From assembly GCF_000008645.1 (NCBI RefSeq), contig NC_000916.1, forward strand, positions 960,001 through 992,000: 32,000 nucleotides of DNA, read 5' to 3'. The notes beneath the pieces were generated by a model that had not been told where the DNA came from, made no database searches, and was given only the letters and a program-made list of their open reading frames with translations. This document shows positions 31,957 through 32,000 of this stretch, one piece after another; position 1 is the first letter of the stretch, and every line of letters starts with the position of its first letter. Both the position numbers and the translations under genes were made by a program. Source of the DNA: Methanothermobacter thermautotrophicus str. Delta H (GTDB taxonomy: Archaea; Methanobacteriota; Methanobacteria; Methanobacteriales; Methanothermobacteraceae).

Positions 31957-32000
31957 AAAATCTTTAAAATGGTAGCCAAGGTTTCATGAAAAATCTAATT

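Noticed and set aside
23300-32000. Mobile element or integrated provirus around the CRISPR locus
   Set aside because: I found no transposase, integrase, terminal inverted repeats or target-site duplications. Repetition in this region is accounted for by the CRISPR array.

Overview
This window looks like the chromosome of Methanothermobacter thermautotrophicus (delta H or a very close relative). That assignment comes from recall of the gene order, protein sequences and CRISPR repeat, not from a database search. From left to right it contains: (1) a plus-strand transcription/translation cluster (rpoA1 3' end, rpoA2, eL30, nusA, uS12, uS7, EF-2, EF-1alpha, uS10); (2) two tandem tRNA-Ser genes; (3) an MtrA-like corrinoid-domain paralog divergent from a TetR-family regulator, with three tandem TTAAC-N5-GTTAA palindromes between them at an exact 18-bp period; (4) NYN/PIN-like, UspA and GyrI-like genes; (5) a compact minus-strand cluster, HypD - phosphoglycolate phosphatase - TldD/PmbA - radical SAM - THEP1-type NTPase - SepCysS; (6) a CaCA-type exchanger; (7) a 1474-aa surface protein with about nine DUF11-type repeats; (8) a small SAM-dependent methyltransferase; (9) an 8.2-kb CRISPR array (23373-31584). 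By hand count the array has 124 copies of a 30-nt repeat and 123 spacers, about 110 of them distinct, with its leader inferred to lie on the right. I see no convincing new multi-gene system. The best leads are: the 18-bp operator array; the recombination history of the CRISPR array (a perfect 6-unit tandem duplication and a 3-spacer block repeated 4.5 kb away); diverged spacer pairs that share the same seed/PAM-side boundary; tandem-repetitive spacers; and a palindrome with a TATA box at the leader-distal end. No cas genes are inside the window.
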